64,000 bases of DNA. Origin: an uncultured delta proteobacterium (lineage in GTDB: Bacteria > Desulfobacterota > Binatia > UTPRO1). The stretch lies in contig CAVXIU010000014.1 of assembly GCA_963761995.1 (NCBI GenBank), forward strand, positions 13,622 to 77,621. Direction: 5' to 3'. Within the stretch, counting starts at the first letter, position 1. Every line of letters begins with the position of its first letter. The notes under the pieces are model-generated. The model had not been told where the DNA came from. It searched no databases and worked only from the letters and a program-made list of their open reading frames with translations. Shown here piece after piece: positions 40,336-50,529 of the stretch. Position numbers and translations under genes: made by a program.

Positions 40336-41193
40336 TCAGGCGACCGCCTTCGCGTCCTCGTGGGCCAGGCTGGTCGACAGCTCGCGGTGCGCGTCGACCT
40401 GCGCGAGCAGCAGTAGCGCCTTGTCCTCGACGCCCTCGACGACGTCCTCGCCGGCGGCCCAGCGCAGCGGCGGCTCGGCGGACTCGGCCAGCTGCACGAG
40501 CGCCTGGGCGAGCTTGGCCGGATCACCCGCCTGTGTGCCATTCATCGAGGCCCAGAACGCGTTGATCTGCGCGCGGGTGTCGTCGTAGTCGTCGATCGAC
40601 AGTTCGCCGAAGGTGGTCGACTCGGGCGTCAGCAGCTCGGTGCGGAAGAAGCCGGGCTCCACGATCATCGTCCGGATCCCGAACGGCTGCACCTCGCCGG
40701 TCAGGGATTCCATCCAGCCCTCCAGCGCGAACTTCGACGCCGCGTAGGCCGAGCCGGACGGGCTGCCGATCACACCGGCGCCCGAGGAGATCGATACGAC
40801 CAGGCCGGAGCGCTGCCGGCGCATCACGGGCAGCACTGCACGGGTGACCGTCATCGGGCCGAACAGGTTCACCTCGAGCTGCGCGCGCACCTGCTCGGTC
40901 GTGAGCTCCTCGAAGAAGCCGGCCAGGAAGCTCCCGGCGTTGTTGAGCAGCACGTCGATACGGCCGAAGCGCTCGACGGCAGCCGCCGCGGCGTCCTCCG
41001 CGCTGTGCGGGTCGGTCACGTCGAGCGCGGTCACGAGCAGCTTCTCGTGCTCGCCGACGGCTGAGCGGACGGTGTCGGGGTCGCGGCCGGTGGCCACGAC
41101 GTTGTGACCGGCGGACAGGGCCGCGCGGGCGAACTCCACGCCCATGCCGCGACCGGCGCCGGTGATGAGCCAGGTCTTCGTCATGGGCGTCAA
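40336..41193 (-). CDS. SDR-family oxidoreductase
   Basis: TWLITGAGRGMG, NNAG, YAASK, VEPG. Confidence 0.95.
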   Translation of the reverse strand: MTPMTKTWLITGAGRGMGVEFARAALSAGHNVVATGRDPDTVRSAVGEHEKLLVTALDVTDPHSAEDAAAAAVERFGRIDVLLNNAGSFLAGFFEELTTEQVRAQLEVNLFGPMTVTRAVLPVMRRQRSGLVVSISSGAGVIGSPSGSAYAASKFALEGWMESLTGEVQPFGIRTMIVEPGFFRTELLTPESTTFGELSIDDYDDTRAQINAFWASMNGTQAGDPAKLAQALVQLAESAEPPLRWAAGEDVVEGVEDKALLLLAQVDAHRELSTSLAHEDAKAVA

Positions 41194-41255
41194 AGTAGAT
41201 CGGCCCTTGGCTCGGAAAGAGGGGCTGCCAGCACCCCTCAGCTAGCCTCGGGCGC

Positions 41256-42098
41256 GTGGATCGCCGGCGCGAGATCCGTGAGTTCCTGATGTCGCGCCGG
41301 GCGCGGCTGACGCCCGAGCAGGCCGGGCTCTACGTGCCGGAGGGCGACGTTCGACGGGTGCCGGGGCTGCGCCGCGAGGAGGTGGCCACCCTCGCCGGCG
41401 TGAGCGCGGACTACTACACCCAGCTCGAGCGGGGCGACGTCGACGGAGCGTCCGACGGCGTCCTCAACGCCGTCGCGCGCGCCCTGCGGCTCGACGACGC
41501 CGAACGGCTGCACCTCTTCGACCTCGCCCGCCCGGAGGCGACGACACGCCTGGCGTCGTCCGGCGGCGCGATCCGCCCGAGCGTGCAGCGGGCACTCGAC
41601 GCGTTCACCGGGGGCTTGGCGCTCGTGCGCAACCGACGCTACGACTACCTTGCCGCCAACGACCTGGCCCGCGCAGTGTATGCGGAGGTTTTCGACGGCC
41701 GGATCGGCCCGCCGAACCACGTGCGCTACGTGTTCCTCGACGACCGCGCCCGGGACTTCTTCGACGACTGGCCGGCCGTGGCGCATGACACGGCGCGCAT
41801 CCTGCGCTCCGAAGCGGGACGAGACCCGCACGACCCAGGACCCGCTGAGCTCATCCAGGAGCTTTCGCAGACCAGCGCCGAGTTCCAGGCGCTCTGGTCA
41901 CAGCACGACGTGCGTCTCCCCGCAGCCGGCCTGCACCGTTTCCGCCACCCGCTCGTGGGCGACCTCGATCTCGTCTTCGAGGCCGCGGCGCTGCGGGCAG
42001 ACCCCGGCCTGACTCTTCTCCTGGCCACCGCGGAACAGGGCTCGCCGACCGAAGCGGCACTGCGACGGCTCGCAGCGAAGACCGCGCGCGTCGAGTGA
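41256..42098 (+). CDS. XRE-family HTH regulator with MmyB-like ligand-binding domain
   Basis: RRVPGLRREEVATLAGVSADYYTQLERG; FQALWSQHDV...HPLVGDL. Confidence 0.92.
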   Translation: MDRRREIREFLMSRRARLTPEQAGLYVPEGDVRRVPGLRREEVATLAGVSADYYTQLERGDVDGASDGVLNAVARALRLDDAERLHLFDLARPEATTRLASSGGAIRPSVQRALDAFTGGLALVRNRRYDYLAANDLARAVYAEVFDGRIGPPNHVRYVFLDDRARDFFDDWPAVAHDTARILRSEAGRDPHDPGPAELIQELSQTSAEFQALWSQHDVRLPAAGLHRFRHPLVGDLDLVFEAAALRADPGLTLLLATAEQGSPTEAALRRLAAKTARVE

Positions 42099-42416
42099 CC
42101 ACGGGGTCCAATACGGGGTCCAAACTGAGGGCCACCGAGCCCAACTCAGGACAACTCGAACCCGCTCTAGACGGCTGGTTCCGCTTCCACACAACCAGAA
42201 CCTTCCGGCTGGGGGCCGGGCGGTCGCAGGTTCAAATCCTGTCTCCCCGATCAACTCCCTGCAAAGATCGCTTAACTCGACTGCGGTGTATCGCGGGTAC
42301 GTTGCGGGGTGCAAATCGGACTGGATGGCGCGAAAGGGGTCGATTGCGGGGCGGCACCGTTTCAGCGGACCTGCGACCACCCGGTCACTTGCACCCCGTC
42401 GACCAATTGCACCCCG
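42099..42416 (+). repeat. att-like junction 2 (tRNA-Pro 3' fragment 42205-42250)
   Basis: 42099-42250 matches 36583-36734 with four substitutions in 152 nt; CGGGGTGCAA at 42305, with inverted copies at 42389 and 42407. Confidence 0.9.
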
Positions 42417-42603
42417 CCGGTCGCCGTGTTACTGGCCGCGCGTTTCGGTTTCGCTTTCGCGCATTGCGATGCGAGCGCGTCCGTCGGCGGGACGCCCGCT
42501 CGCTCGTCGCCTCAAGCGGGCGTCTCGATGTACCTGCGCGAAGCGACGCCGGCCCGTAAGGCGATCCTTCAGCGACGCGGCGGCTTGGCCGGCGGGCCAG
42601 GAT

Positions 42604-45519
42604 TCACTCGGCGCCCGGGTCCGGTGCGGCCGTAGATCTCGGGCGTTCGAAGGGGTCGCGGTCGTGTTGGCTGAGGCGCGTGATGAATTCGACGCGGGAG
42701 CTGACGCCGAGCTTGGCGTAGATGTTGCGGGTGTGGGTTTCGATGGTCTTCAGGCTGAGGTAGAGCTCTCGGGCGATCTCGGCGTTGCGTTTGCCGGCGC
42801 GCACGAGCGCGGCGACCTCGCGCTCGCGCGGCGAGAGCGATGCGATGCCTTCGGCGTGTCGAGGGGCGGTGGGGCCACGACGCCAGGTGCGGACGCCGAG
42901 GCGGCGCAGCTCGCGGGTGGCGTCGTCGCGCAGTCGTTGTGCGCCGAAGCGATCGAAGTCGCTGGCGGCCTGCTTGAGCGCGGCCGCGCCGCGGCTGCGG
43001 TCGCCGGTCCGCGCGAGCGCGACACCCTCGATCGTGCGCGAGCGGGTGGCTTCGAGTGGTGCCTCGCTGATTGCCGCGCCGCGCGCCGCCGTCTGGGCAG
43101 CTTGTTGTGGTCGTTCTGCTGCGAGGAGCGTCGCGGCGCGGGTGCGCTCGGCGAGCGCGTGCGCGAGGGGGATGCCAGTCGCGTCGGCGGCGGCGTCGAG
43201 GCGGGCGGCGGTTCCTTCGGCGGCCGCCAGGTCCGTGGCTTGCAGCGCGGCGTCGGCGAGGGCGGCCCAGACGAGTGGGCGCTCGGCGGGCACGACGTCG
43301 GGAAGCTCGGGGCCGCCGGCGGCCTCAAGGATGGTGGCGATGCCCGTCTCGGGCCGGGTGTCGGCCTGGATGAGGCCGAGCGTCCAGCCGGCCCGTGCGC
43401 GCCAGAGTCGTTGCGCGGCGCCGAGCCGCACGGCCTCGCGCGCGTCGCGTTCCGCGCCCGCGCGGTCGCCGCTCAAGTGGCGGGCCAGCGCCAGTTGATC
43501 ATGAGTGCCGAGCAGCAGTCCGGGGTTGCCGGACGCTCGGGCGGCCTCGACGGCCTCCTCCCCGATCGCGATCGCCTCGGGAATGCGGCCGAGCTGGATC
43601 AGTGGATGCAGCTGCGTTCCGAGCAGGACGGGGATGAAGTACCCATGACCGCTCTGATGCCCGATCGTGACTCCGCGGCGCAGCAGGCGGAGCGCTTCCT
43701 CGTAGCGGCCGGCGTAGCCCAGGGCCAAGCCGAGGTCGCCGAAGCCCAGGTAGTACTGGCCGACCTCGGCGTCGTCCGCCTCGGCGAGGAAGGCGAGGAC
43801 GCGGTCCACGGGCGCGCGTGTGTGTTCGGCGTTGCCCTCGGCGGCAAGCGCGAGCGCGAGCACCCCGAACCCGCCGTGCTCGAGCAGGCGATCCTCGAGA
43901 CCGCGGGCAACGGCCACGGCTTCAGTGGCGAGGGCCGCGACGCGTTCCAGTCGCAGCTCGCAGAACTCCAGTCCCGCCAGCGACATCCGCAGCTTGAAGC
44001 CGACACGAGACGGGCCATCGGGTTCCTCGGCGAATGCCGCCTGCATGCGACGGCGCGGCTCTGAGAGCGGTTGCCCCGACCACACCTCGATCGCCGCACG
44101 ACTGCAGATCAACGACCCGCGCTGCTCCCGCGCGTCGACCGGAAGCAGCTCCAGCGTCTCGGCGAGCACGGCGTCAGCCGCCTTGAGCTGGCCGGCGCCG
44201 AACAGCGCGTAAGCCCGCTGCTCGAGCAGCTCGATCCGTTCCGTCGGGTCGGCGTCGTGCGGCAGCAGCCGCAGAGCGCTCTGGAGGTAGCGCGCCGCCG
44301 TGGCGGGTGCTTGCTCGAACACTCGGTTGGCGGCGTCGGCCAGCAGGTCGATCGCCGCGCGATCGCCGCGCTGGGCCGCGTGCTCGACGTGATGTGCGCG
44401 CTCGACCGGCCCGGCGCCATGGCGGGCGAGCGCGTCCGCGGCGCGGGCGTGCGCGCGCAGCCGCCACGCGCCGGGAGCGGCGGCGTAGACGGCGTGGCGA
44501 AGCAACGGGTGGCGGAAGACGAACCCGCGGGGCGTCGCGGCGGGGCGGATCAGCGCGGGCTCGAGCAGTGCGTCGAGGGCCGCAAGCGTGGCGTCCTCAT
44601 CCAGCTCGCCGACGTCGGCGACCAGCTCGGGCTCGAACGGCTCGCCGACAACCGCCGCGGCCTCCACCGCGCGCCGGGCTTCGCCGGGCAGCGCGTCGAG
44701 CTCGCCCGCCAGGGCTGCCGCCACGGCGGCTGGGATCCCCGCGCCACCCGGCCCGACCGTCGCGCCCGACCCTCCGTCAGGCCGCGCTCGCGCGAGCTGC
44801 TCAAGATAAAACGGGTTGCCGCCGCTCAGCTCGTAGAGCGCTGAAACGCGATCGTCACCGCAGAGGGCGGCCGCGTCGGCCCGGCTGAGCGGTCCCGGCG
44901 CGAGCCGCTGGGCACGGTCGGCGCGGACCGCCTCGCCGAGCGCGGCGACCAGCGCATCCGAAACCTGGCCCTCGCGGTAGGCGAGCGCGAGCAGCACGCG
45001 GCCCTCGGGTGGGCGACGGGCCAGCGCCGCCACCAGGTCGAGCGAGGCCGGATCGGCCCAGTGCACGTCATCGAGGCACAGCACCAGCGGACGCGCGAAT
45101 GCGACTCGCGTGAGCAGGCCGCGCAGCGCGCGCTGCACGACATAGCGCTCGGCCGGCGCGGCAGGCGCCCCGAGCACATCAGCGAACGCCGGCAACGCCA
45201 CCGCGAGCGCCGTGAGCTCATCGCCCGCCAGCCGCCGCAGCCGCGCCACCTCCAGCGCCTCCAGGTGCCGGCCGAGCGCATCGACCCACAGCCCATAGGG
45301 CGCGTCGCGCTCGAACTCGGTGGCACGCCCACCGAGCACCAGGCAGCCGCGCCGCTCGGCCTCCCGGGACAGCTCGCCGAGCAGCCGCGTCTTGCCGATC
45401 CCCGCCTCGCCTGCCAGCTCCACCAGCGCACTCCGCCCGCCCTCCACGAGCGCCAGCGCCCGCGCTAACGCCCGGAGCTCGGGCTCCCGCCCCACCAATC
45501 GCCACGCGTGCTCCGACAC
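42604..45519 (-). CDS. Large ATP-binding LuxR-family regulator (AAA_16 + TPR-like + LuxR HTH)
   Basis: GEAGIGKT Walker A, LDDVHWAD, GGNPFY, LSPREREVAALV...LYLSLKTIETH. Confidence 0.93.
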   Translation of the reverse strand: MSEHAWRLVGREPELRALARALALVEGGRSALVELAGEAGIGKTRLLGELSREAERRGCLVLGGRATEFERDAPYGLWVDALGRHLEALEVARLRRLAGDELTALAVALPAFADVLGAPAAPAERYVVQRALRGLLTRVAFARPLVLCLDDVHWADPASLDLVAALARRPPEGRVLLALAYREGQVSDALVAALGEAVRADRAQRLAPGPLSRADAAALCGDDRVSALYELSGGNPFYLEQLARARPDGGSGATVGPGGAGIPAAVAAALAGELDALPGEARRAVEAAAVVGEPFEPELVADVGELDEDATLAALDALLEPALIRPAATPRGFVFRHPLLRHAVYAAAPGAWRLRAHARAADALARHGAGPVERAHHVEHAAQRGDRAAIDLLADAANRVFEQAPATAARYLQSALRLLPHDADPTERIELLEQRAYALFGAGQLKAADAVLAETLELLPVDAREQRGSLICSRAAIEVWSGQPLSEPRRRMQAAFAEEPDGPSRVGFKLRMSLAGLEFCELRLERVAALATEAVAVARGLEDRLLEHGGFGVLALALAAEGNAEHTRAPVDRVLAFLAEADDAEVGQYYLGFGDLGLALGYAGRYEEALRLLRRGVTIGHQSGHGYFIPVLLGTQLHPLIQLGRIPEAIAIGEEAVEAARASGNPGLLLGTHDQLALARHLSGDRAGAERDAREAVRLGAAQRLWRARAGWTLGLIQADTRPETGIATILEAAGGPELPDVVPAERPLVWAALADAALQATDLAAAEGTAARLDAAADATGIPLAHALAERTRAATLLAAERPQQAAQTAARGAAISEAPLEATRSRTIEGVALARTGDRSRGAAALKQAASDFDRFGAQRLRDDATRELRRLGVRTWRRGPTAPRHAEGIASLSPREREVAALVRAGKRNAEIARELYLSLKTIETHTRNIYAKLGVSSRVEFITRLSQHDRDPFERPRSTAAPDPGAE

Positions 45520-45545
45520 CGTGGCATGAGCCTACGCCTGGACCA

Positions 45546-45576
45546 GATCGGGGGTGGGATCAGGGGTGCCCCTGAT
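45546..45576. promoter_or_regulatory. Candidate operator: GATC(G/A)GGGGT direct repeats plus an ATCAGGGG-TG-CCCCTGAT palindrome
   Basis: Located in the gap between the divergent LuxR and DUF427 genes. Confidence 0.45.
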
Positions 45577-45817
45577 GATCGCCTCGTTGCGACCCGAGAC
45601 AGTGACTCTGCATCGTCACCTTCGCCCCAGAGGACCTCACCGCCATGTCGATTGATCCCCAACGCCATCCCGCCTCGCAGTCCACCCCCCCGACACCTGA
45701 CGACGAACACCGCGGCGCGCTCACCTCGGTCCTGGAAGCACTGGCCACCGCGCCGACGCTCCAGGCCTGCTGGTGGTTCGGCGTGCCGTGGTGGCGCTCC
45801 GGCCGCCGAGGGACGCG

Positions 45818-46642
45818 ATGAGCGCCCCGGTACTCGAGACGCTGCTGTCGCAGCTGCGCCACCAGCCCGCCCGCAAACGCGTCCGTGCGACTTTCGCTGA
45901 CGAGGTTGTCGTCGACAGCGGCCGGGCGCTCCTGGTCTGGGAGCCGCAGCGCGTGTTGCCCGCCTACGCCGTGCCGCGCGGGGATATCCGCGGAAAGCTG
46001 CTGCCCGCGCCCGACACCAGCGGGCCCCCCGGCCCGCACGGCTTCCAGCTGCCCAACGGGCAGACGATCCTGGATCCGTCGGTTCCGTTCGCTGTCCACA
46101 CCGCCGACGGCGACCCGCTCAGCCTCCGCGCCGCCGGCCAGACCCGCGAGAACGTCGCCTTCGCTCCCATCGATCCCGACCTCCACGACCACGTGATCCT
46201 CGACTTCGCCGGCTTCGACGCCTGGTACGAGGAGGACCACCCGGTGGTCGGCCATCCACACGACGTCCTCGGCCGGCTCGAGATCCTTCCTAGCTCACGC
46301 ACGGTACGCATCGAGCTCGATGGGGTCGTGCTCGCCGAGAGCACCCGCGCGCAGCTGCTGTTCGAGCACCCGATCCTCCCCGTCCGCTCCTATCTGCCGG
46401 CCGAGGACGTCATCGTGCCGCTGTGGCCGAGCGCGACGCGCACACGCTGCCCGTCCAAGGGCGAGGCGTCCTACTGGTCGGCCGAGCTCAACGGCCGCAC
46501 ACTCGACGATCTCGCCTGGAGCTACGTGGAGCCGCTGCCCGCCGCCGCGGCGGTCGCCGGCCTCGTCTGCTTCTTCAACGAACGCGTCGACGTGACCCTT
46601 GGCGGCCAGCCGCAGCCACAACTGCCCACCGCCTGGTCGTAG
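45818..46642 (+). CDS. DUF427 (double-domain) protein
   Basis: DSGRALLVWE...YAVP, FDAWYEED, LLFEH...RSYLP, CPSKGEASYWS, VCFFNERVD. Confidence 0.88.
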   Translation: MSAPVLETLLSQLRHQPARKRVRATFADEVVVDSGRALLVWEPQRVLPAYAVPRGDIRGKLLPAPDTSGPPGPHGFQLPNGQTILDPSVPFAVHTADGDPLSLRAAGQTRENVAFAPIDPDLHDHVILDFAGFDAWYEEDHPVVGHPHDVLGRLEILPSSRTVRIELDGVVLAESTRAQLLFEHPILPVRSYLPAEDVIVPLWPSATRTRCPSKGEASYWSAELNGRTLDDLAWSYVEPLPAAAAVAGLVCFFNERVDVTLGGQPQPQLPTAWS

Positions 46643-46724
46643 CCCCGCCCAGACGCCGCACATGGGCGCCAGCCGCCACCCGTCGTCACCCATCCATCCC
46701 GCTCGACCCCTCCAAGGAGCCAGC

Positions 46725-47273
46725 ATGCCCAACGCACTCCGGCGACGCTCGCCGTTCCTGCTCGCCGCGGCAATCGCCGCCCTCTGCATCTTCGCGCTCC
46801 CCGCAGCGTCCGCCGGCGCCCGGACCACGGCAGGCGACATCACCTCCAGGCACGGACACGACTTCGAGCGGTTCCTCAAGCGCTACGAGACCGCCAACAC
46901 GGCCTTCGTCAACGGCGATCCGTCACGCTGGCTACCGATCACCGCCGAACAGGATCCGGTGTCGATCTTCGGCGGCTTCGGCGGCCTCGGCGAGGCGGGC
47001 ATCGCCACAGTGCAGCAGCGCTACGTGCTCGCAGCGACCGCGTTCCGCCCGAGCGGCACCGACGTCGACTTCCAGTACCTGGTCAAAGACGTGCGCGGCC
47101 GGTTGGCATACACGGTCGCGATCGAGCGCTCCAACGTCTTGTACGCCGGGCAGACCGAGCGCGTGCCGCAGATCCTGCGCGTGACGATGCTCTTCCGCCG
47201 CGAGCACGGTGACTGGAAGATCGTCCACCGCCACGCCGACACGATGATCGATCTGCAGCTCCCAACCGCCTAG
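46725..47273 (+). CDS. Secreted NTF2/SnoaL-like (DUF4440-type) protein
   Basis: Signal peptide; LRVTMLFRREHGDWKIVHRHAD; AAGGAG RBS. Confidence 0.82.
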   Translation: MPNALRRRSPFLLAAAIAALCIFALPAASAGARTTAGDITSRHGHDFERFLKRYETANTAFVNGDPSRWLPITAEQDPVSIFGGFGGLGEAGIATVQQRYVLAATAFRPSGTDVDFQYLVKDVRGRLAYTVAIERSNVLYAGQTERVPQILRVTMLFRREHGDWKIVHRHADTMIDLQLPTA

Positions 47274-47296
47274 GAACCGAACCACAAGGAGTTGCC

Positions 47297-47491
47297 ATGA
47301 GCTGGACAGTTGCCTGTTTCTGCGGAACCGTCTTCGAAAGCCCTACCGACCGCTGCCCCACCTGCCACACGCCGGTGCCCGAGGTCACAACCACCGCGGA
47401 TGCCGCGAAGTCGGTGCACCTGCCCGACGGCGTGGTGGAGCACCTGGCGAACGTCGACCAGACCGTCGGAACGACCCCGACTCGGCAGTAG
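47297..47491 (+). CDS. Small Cys-rich (zinc-ribbon-like) protein
   Basis: CFCG...CPTC; AAGGAG RBS. Confidence 0.6.
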   Translation: MSWTVACFCGTVFESPTDRCPTCHTPVPEVTTTADAAKSVHLPDGVVEHLANVDQTVGTTPTRQ

Positions 47492-47926
47492 ACCGAGCGC
47501 TCGCGGAAGCTATTGCCGCGTCGTCGCTGCCCCTCGCAGATGCGTCGCGCCCGCCTCTCGTCCGCAGCGAGCGCATCTGGCTCGGCCGAGGACACGCTCG
47601 CATCCAGCCGAGAGCGCACGCGGGTAGGGCTCTGTGCGGTCGATTGCCGTCGACAACCCGCAGAGGGCCGCAATGGGATCGCCGTCGGACGCGCCGAACG
47701 ACGCGCAACAAAGTGCAACGGCATCGAATCGATCTCGATTGGGGACCGAGGTCGACCTGCGCGCACCGCCTCCCTCAGACATTCCAAGATCTCACGAACC
47801 AAGATCGAGAAGCCGGCGTCAATCGCGAGATGGGGAGTCTCAGCGTCGCCTCCCGAGGAGGTAAACACGCGTGCGGCGCCCCCGCGGCGCTGCGACGGAA
47901 AGCGCTGATCGCGCTCCTGTTCCCGA

Positions 47927-48062
47927 CGGGGTGCAATGCGGGGTGCAAAGTGAGCGCAACCGTGGGCAACTACGACCAACTCGAAGCTGCTCTACGCCGC
48001 CGGATCGGCCCCGCCCACCGAATCGTTCCGGCTGGGAACCGGGTCAAATCCTGTCTCCTCGA
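47927..48062 (+). repeat. att-like junction 3 (degenerate core with an 11-nt deletion)
   Basis: CGGGGTGCAA twice (47927, 47939), phased CAAC repeats, core CCGGCTGGGAACCGGG-TCAAATCCTGTCTCCTCGA at 48028-48062. Confidence 0.8.
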
Positions 48063-48478
48063 CTGAAACCCGGAGGCAGCCCGATGCCTCCGACATCCTC
48101 CGAAGGCGGCAGAACGCGCCTCAACGGGCGGCGATCATGCTTCGAGAACCGCGGCCCGCCGGGATGGTGGCTCGGGCCCAGTTCGGGTCTGACCGCCCAC
48201 GCGAGCCCATGGCGACCGCATACGAGGCGAGAGGCTGCTCGACGTCGCACGGCGCCCGATGCAGATGTCCCGGGGTCACGGCTCGTGCCGGGGTCGGAGT
48301 CTCGACGACTGCGAAGCTGGGCAACGCCAATCGGGCGCTTCGCGGTTGGGCGCAGGTGAGGTGGGTCCTTGGCAGCTCGAGCCACCCGCGCGTGGGACGT
48401 TGAAGCGCCGTCGCGACACGACCGCGACCTCATTGTGTAGTTGTCGACACGCTCGATCCGATCGGCGATCATTACTGG

Positions 48479-49396
48479 ATGCGGCGGCTTGCGGCGGTGC
48501 TCGTATCTGCCGTGATGGTGGGGTGCGGGGGAGGCCATGACGGCGGAGATGGCGCCCCGGCGGCGAAGGACCGCGGGCGTGCCGTGGTGGCCGAAAAGCG
48601 CGTCGGTCCGCGCCTGCTTGACATCACCGTACGCTCGCCTGCGCTGGGCCGCACTGCCAAGGTGCGGCTGCTGCTGCCGGACCGCGGCGCAGAGCCGTGG
48701 CCGGTCCTGTATCTGCTGCACGGCTGCTGCGACAGCTACGTGAGCTGGACGCGCTCGACCGACGTCGAGCAGCTCCCGACGCTACGCGGCGTGCTGGTGG
48801 TGATGCCGGAGGGCGGCGACGTCGGCTTCTACTCGGACTGGAAGGACGGGCCGCGCTGGGAGACGTTTCACACGCGCGAGCTACCGGCTGTGCTGGAGCG
48901 CTACGGCGCCGGTGAGCGGCAGTCGATCGCAGGACTCTCGATGGGCGGGCTCGGCGCGCTCGGCTACGCCGCGCGCCACCGCGACCGCTTCCGAGCGGCG
49001 GCCTCCTTCTCCGGCCTGCTGCATCCGCTCGGAGCGCCGGACGCGATTCTGGGGCTCGTGGAGGGTTACGACGCCAACGCAGAGGGGCTATGGGGCGATC
49101 CGCGCAGCGACCGCGACATATGGGCCGAGCACGACCCGACCGGTCTCGTCACCCGCCTACGAGGCCTTCCCATGTTCGTGTCGTCGGGCGATGGGCGCCC
49201 CGGTCCGCTGGACCTCGAGGGAACCTTTCCCGACCGGACCGAGGCGTACGTGCTCCGTCAGACCAAGGCGTTCCTGCGCCGAGCACGGCGCTCTGGTGTG
49301 CGGGTTCGCGCCGATCTCTACGGACGCGGTCGCCACGATTGGCCCTACTGGGAGCGCGAGCTGCACCGTGCGCTCCCGATGTTGCTCGGCGAATAG
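48479..49396 (+). CDS. Lipoprotein esterase (antigen 85 / putative esterase family)
   Basis: Lipobox VGC; PVLYLLHG, GFYSDW, AGLSMGG, HDWPYW. Confidence 0.9.
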   Translation: MRRLAAVLVSAVMVGCGGGHDGGDGAPAAKDRGRAVVAEKRVGPRLLDITVRSPALGRTAKVRLLLPDRGAEPWPVLYLLHGCCDSYVSWTRSTDVEQLPTLRGVLVVMPEGGDVGFYSDWKDGPRWETFHTRELPAVLERYGAGERQSIAGLSMGGLGALGYAARHRDRFRAAASFSGLLHPLGAPDAILGLVEGYDANAEGLWGDPRSDRDIWAEHDPTGLVTRLRGLPMFVSSGDGRPGPLDLEGTFPDRTEAYVLRQTKAFLRRARRSGVRVRADLYGRGRHDWPYWERELHRALPMLLGE

Positions 49397-49474
49397 GGGG
49401 CGGCGCCGGCCCGTGAGCAGTCACGGCTCCGTCGCGTCTCGTCATCCTCGTCCTCGTCTCGCTCGACAACCCGA

Positions 49475-50473
49475 TCACCAGCCGGCCATGTGCGAGTCCG
49501 TAGACGATCGCTCCAGAAACGACTCGCCGAGAGGTGTGCGCAGGTAGAGCACGGCCCGTCCGACGCGGTGGGCGTTGACAAGGCCCGCATCGCGGAGCAC
49601 CGTCAGGTGTTGCGAGACGCCGCCCGGAGAGGCTCCAAGACCACGCGCGAGATCGGTCGTCGATGTGGGTTGCTCCAACATGGCCAGCAGCGCGGCCCGT
49701 CGGCGGCCTATCAGCTTGCCGAGCGCTTCAGGTCCGTGTCGCTCGCCCGGGTCCCAGAGGCCGCTGATGCCGCGAGCGGGGTACAGAACGGCGGGCTGCC
49801 AAGTGGGATCGAGGAGCACGACGACGCGTGGCCAAACGAACGCGCTCGGAATGAGCAGCAATCCGCGATCGTCGAGGTCGAGCGTCTGCTCCCACACCTT
49901 GTGCAGCCGCAGCGCTCCACCCGTCCATTCGATGCACGGGTCGATGTCGGCAAACAGCGCGCAAGCGCCGCCGTCAGCGAGCGTGCGCGCTCGGTACATG
50001 ATGTCGCCCACGAGCAACGATCGCAGCCGTGGCCAGTGTGGCGCGAGCGTCCGGTCCCAATAGGAGCGAATGAGCTCGACCAGCTCGCGGACCGCCTGCC
50101 TGGGTCGCTGCATGAGCGGGAGGACTGCTTCGGGCAGCGGCCGGGCGCCGAAGGCTGTGCGCAGCTCTTCGCGTACGCGGCTCGGAGTGACGATAAGCAC
50201 CGACTCCAGCTCTTCTTCTATGTCGACAAGCGGACCGGTCGGGGGCGGAGCGAAGAAATCGGGCGTGTAGGTGTCGTGCGGCCGGAGCAGCGCGACGAGA
50301 GGGGCGAGGTCGAGATCAGCCACGGCGCGACGCGCCTCCACTGCCCAAGGCAGATGGACGGCTTGGCTGCCCGAGTCGGCCAGCGCGCGCAGACTGCGGA
50401 GCGTCTCGGCCAGCGGCGAGATCGCGAAGCGTAGATGCGACAGGCTTTCCGAACCGAAACGCAGCTCGATCAT
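49475..50473 (-). CDS. ArsR-family regulator with DUF5937-type N-terminal domain
   Basis: LRFAISPL, YTPDFFAP, LLLIPSAFVWP, STTDLARGLGASPGGVSQHLTVLRDAGLV. Confidence 0.88.
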   Translation of the reverse strand: MIELRFGSESLSHLRFAISPLAETLRSLRALADSGSQAVHLPWAVEARRAVADLDLAPLVALLRPHDTYTPDFFAPPPTGPLVDIEEELESVLIVTPSRVREELRTAFGARPLPEAVLPLMQRPRQAVRELVELIRSYWDRTLAPHWPRLRSLLVGDIMYRARTLADGGACALFADIDPCIEWTGGALRLHKVWEQTLDLDDRGLLLIPSAFVWPRVVVLLDPTWQPAVLYPARGISGLWDPGERHGPEALGKLIGRRRAALLAMLEQPTSTTDLARGLGASPGGVSQHLTVLRDAGLVNAHRVGRAVLYLRTPLGESFLERSSTDSHMAGW

Positions 50474-50529
50474 TCGGTCCAGACTAAATCGTTGGCGCCG
50501 GCCCGTGGTCAACGACAACCTCCATCCGG

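Larger units (their letters stand above)
36735..42098. mobile_element. Integrase-free cargo module A (oxidoreductase operon plus XRE regulator)
   Basis: Bounded by att junctions 1 and 2; contains no recombinase ORF. Confidence 0.6.
42251..47926. mobile_element. Integrase-free cargo module B (LuxR-AAA regulator, DUF427, SnoaL-like, small Cys protein)
   Basis: Bounded by junctions 2 and 3. Confidence 0.55.
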
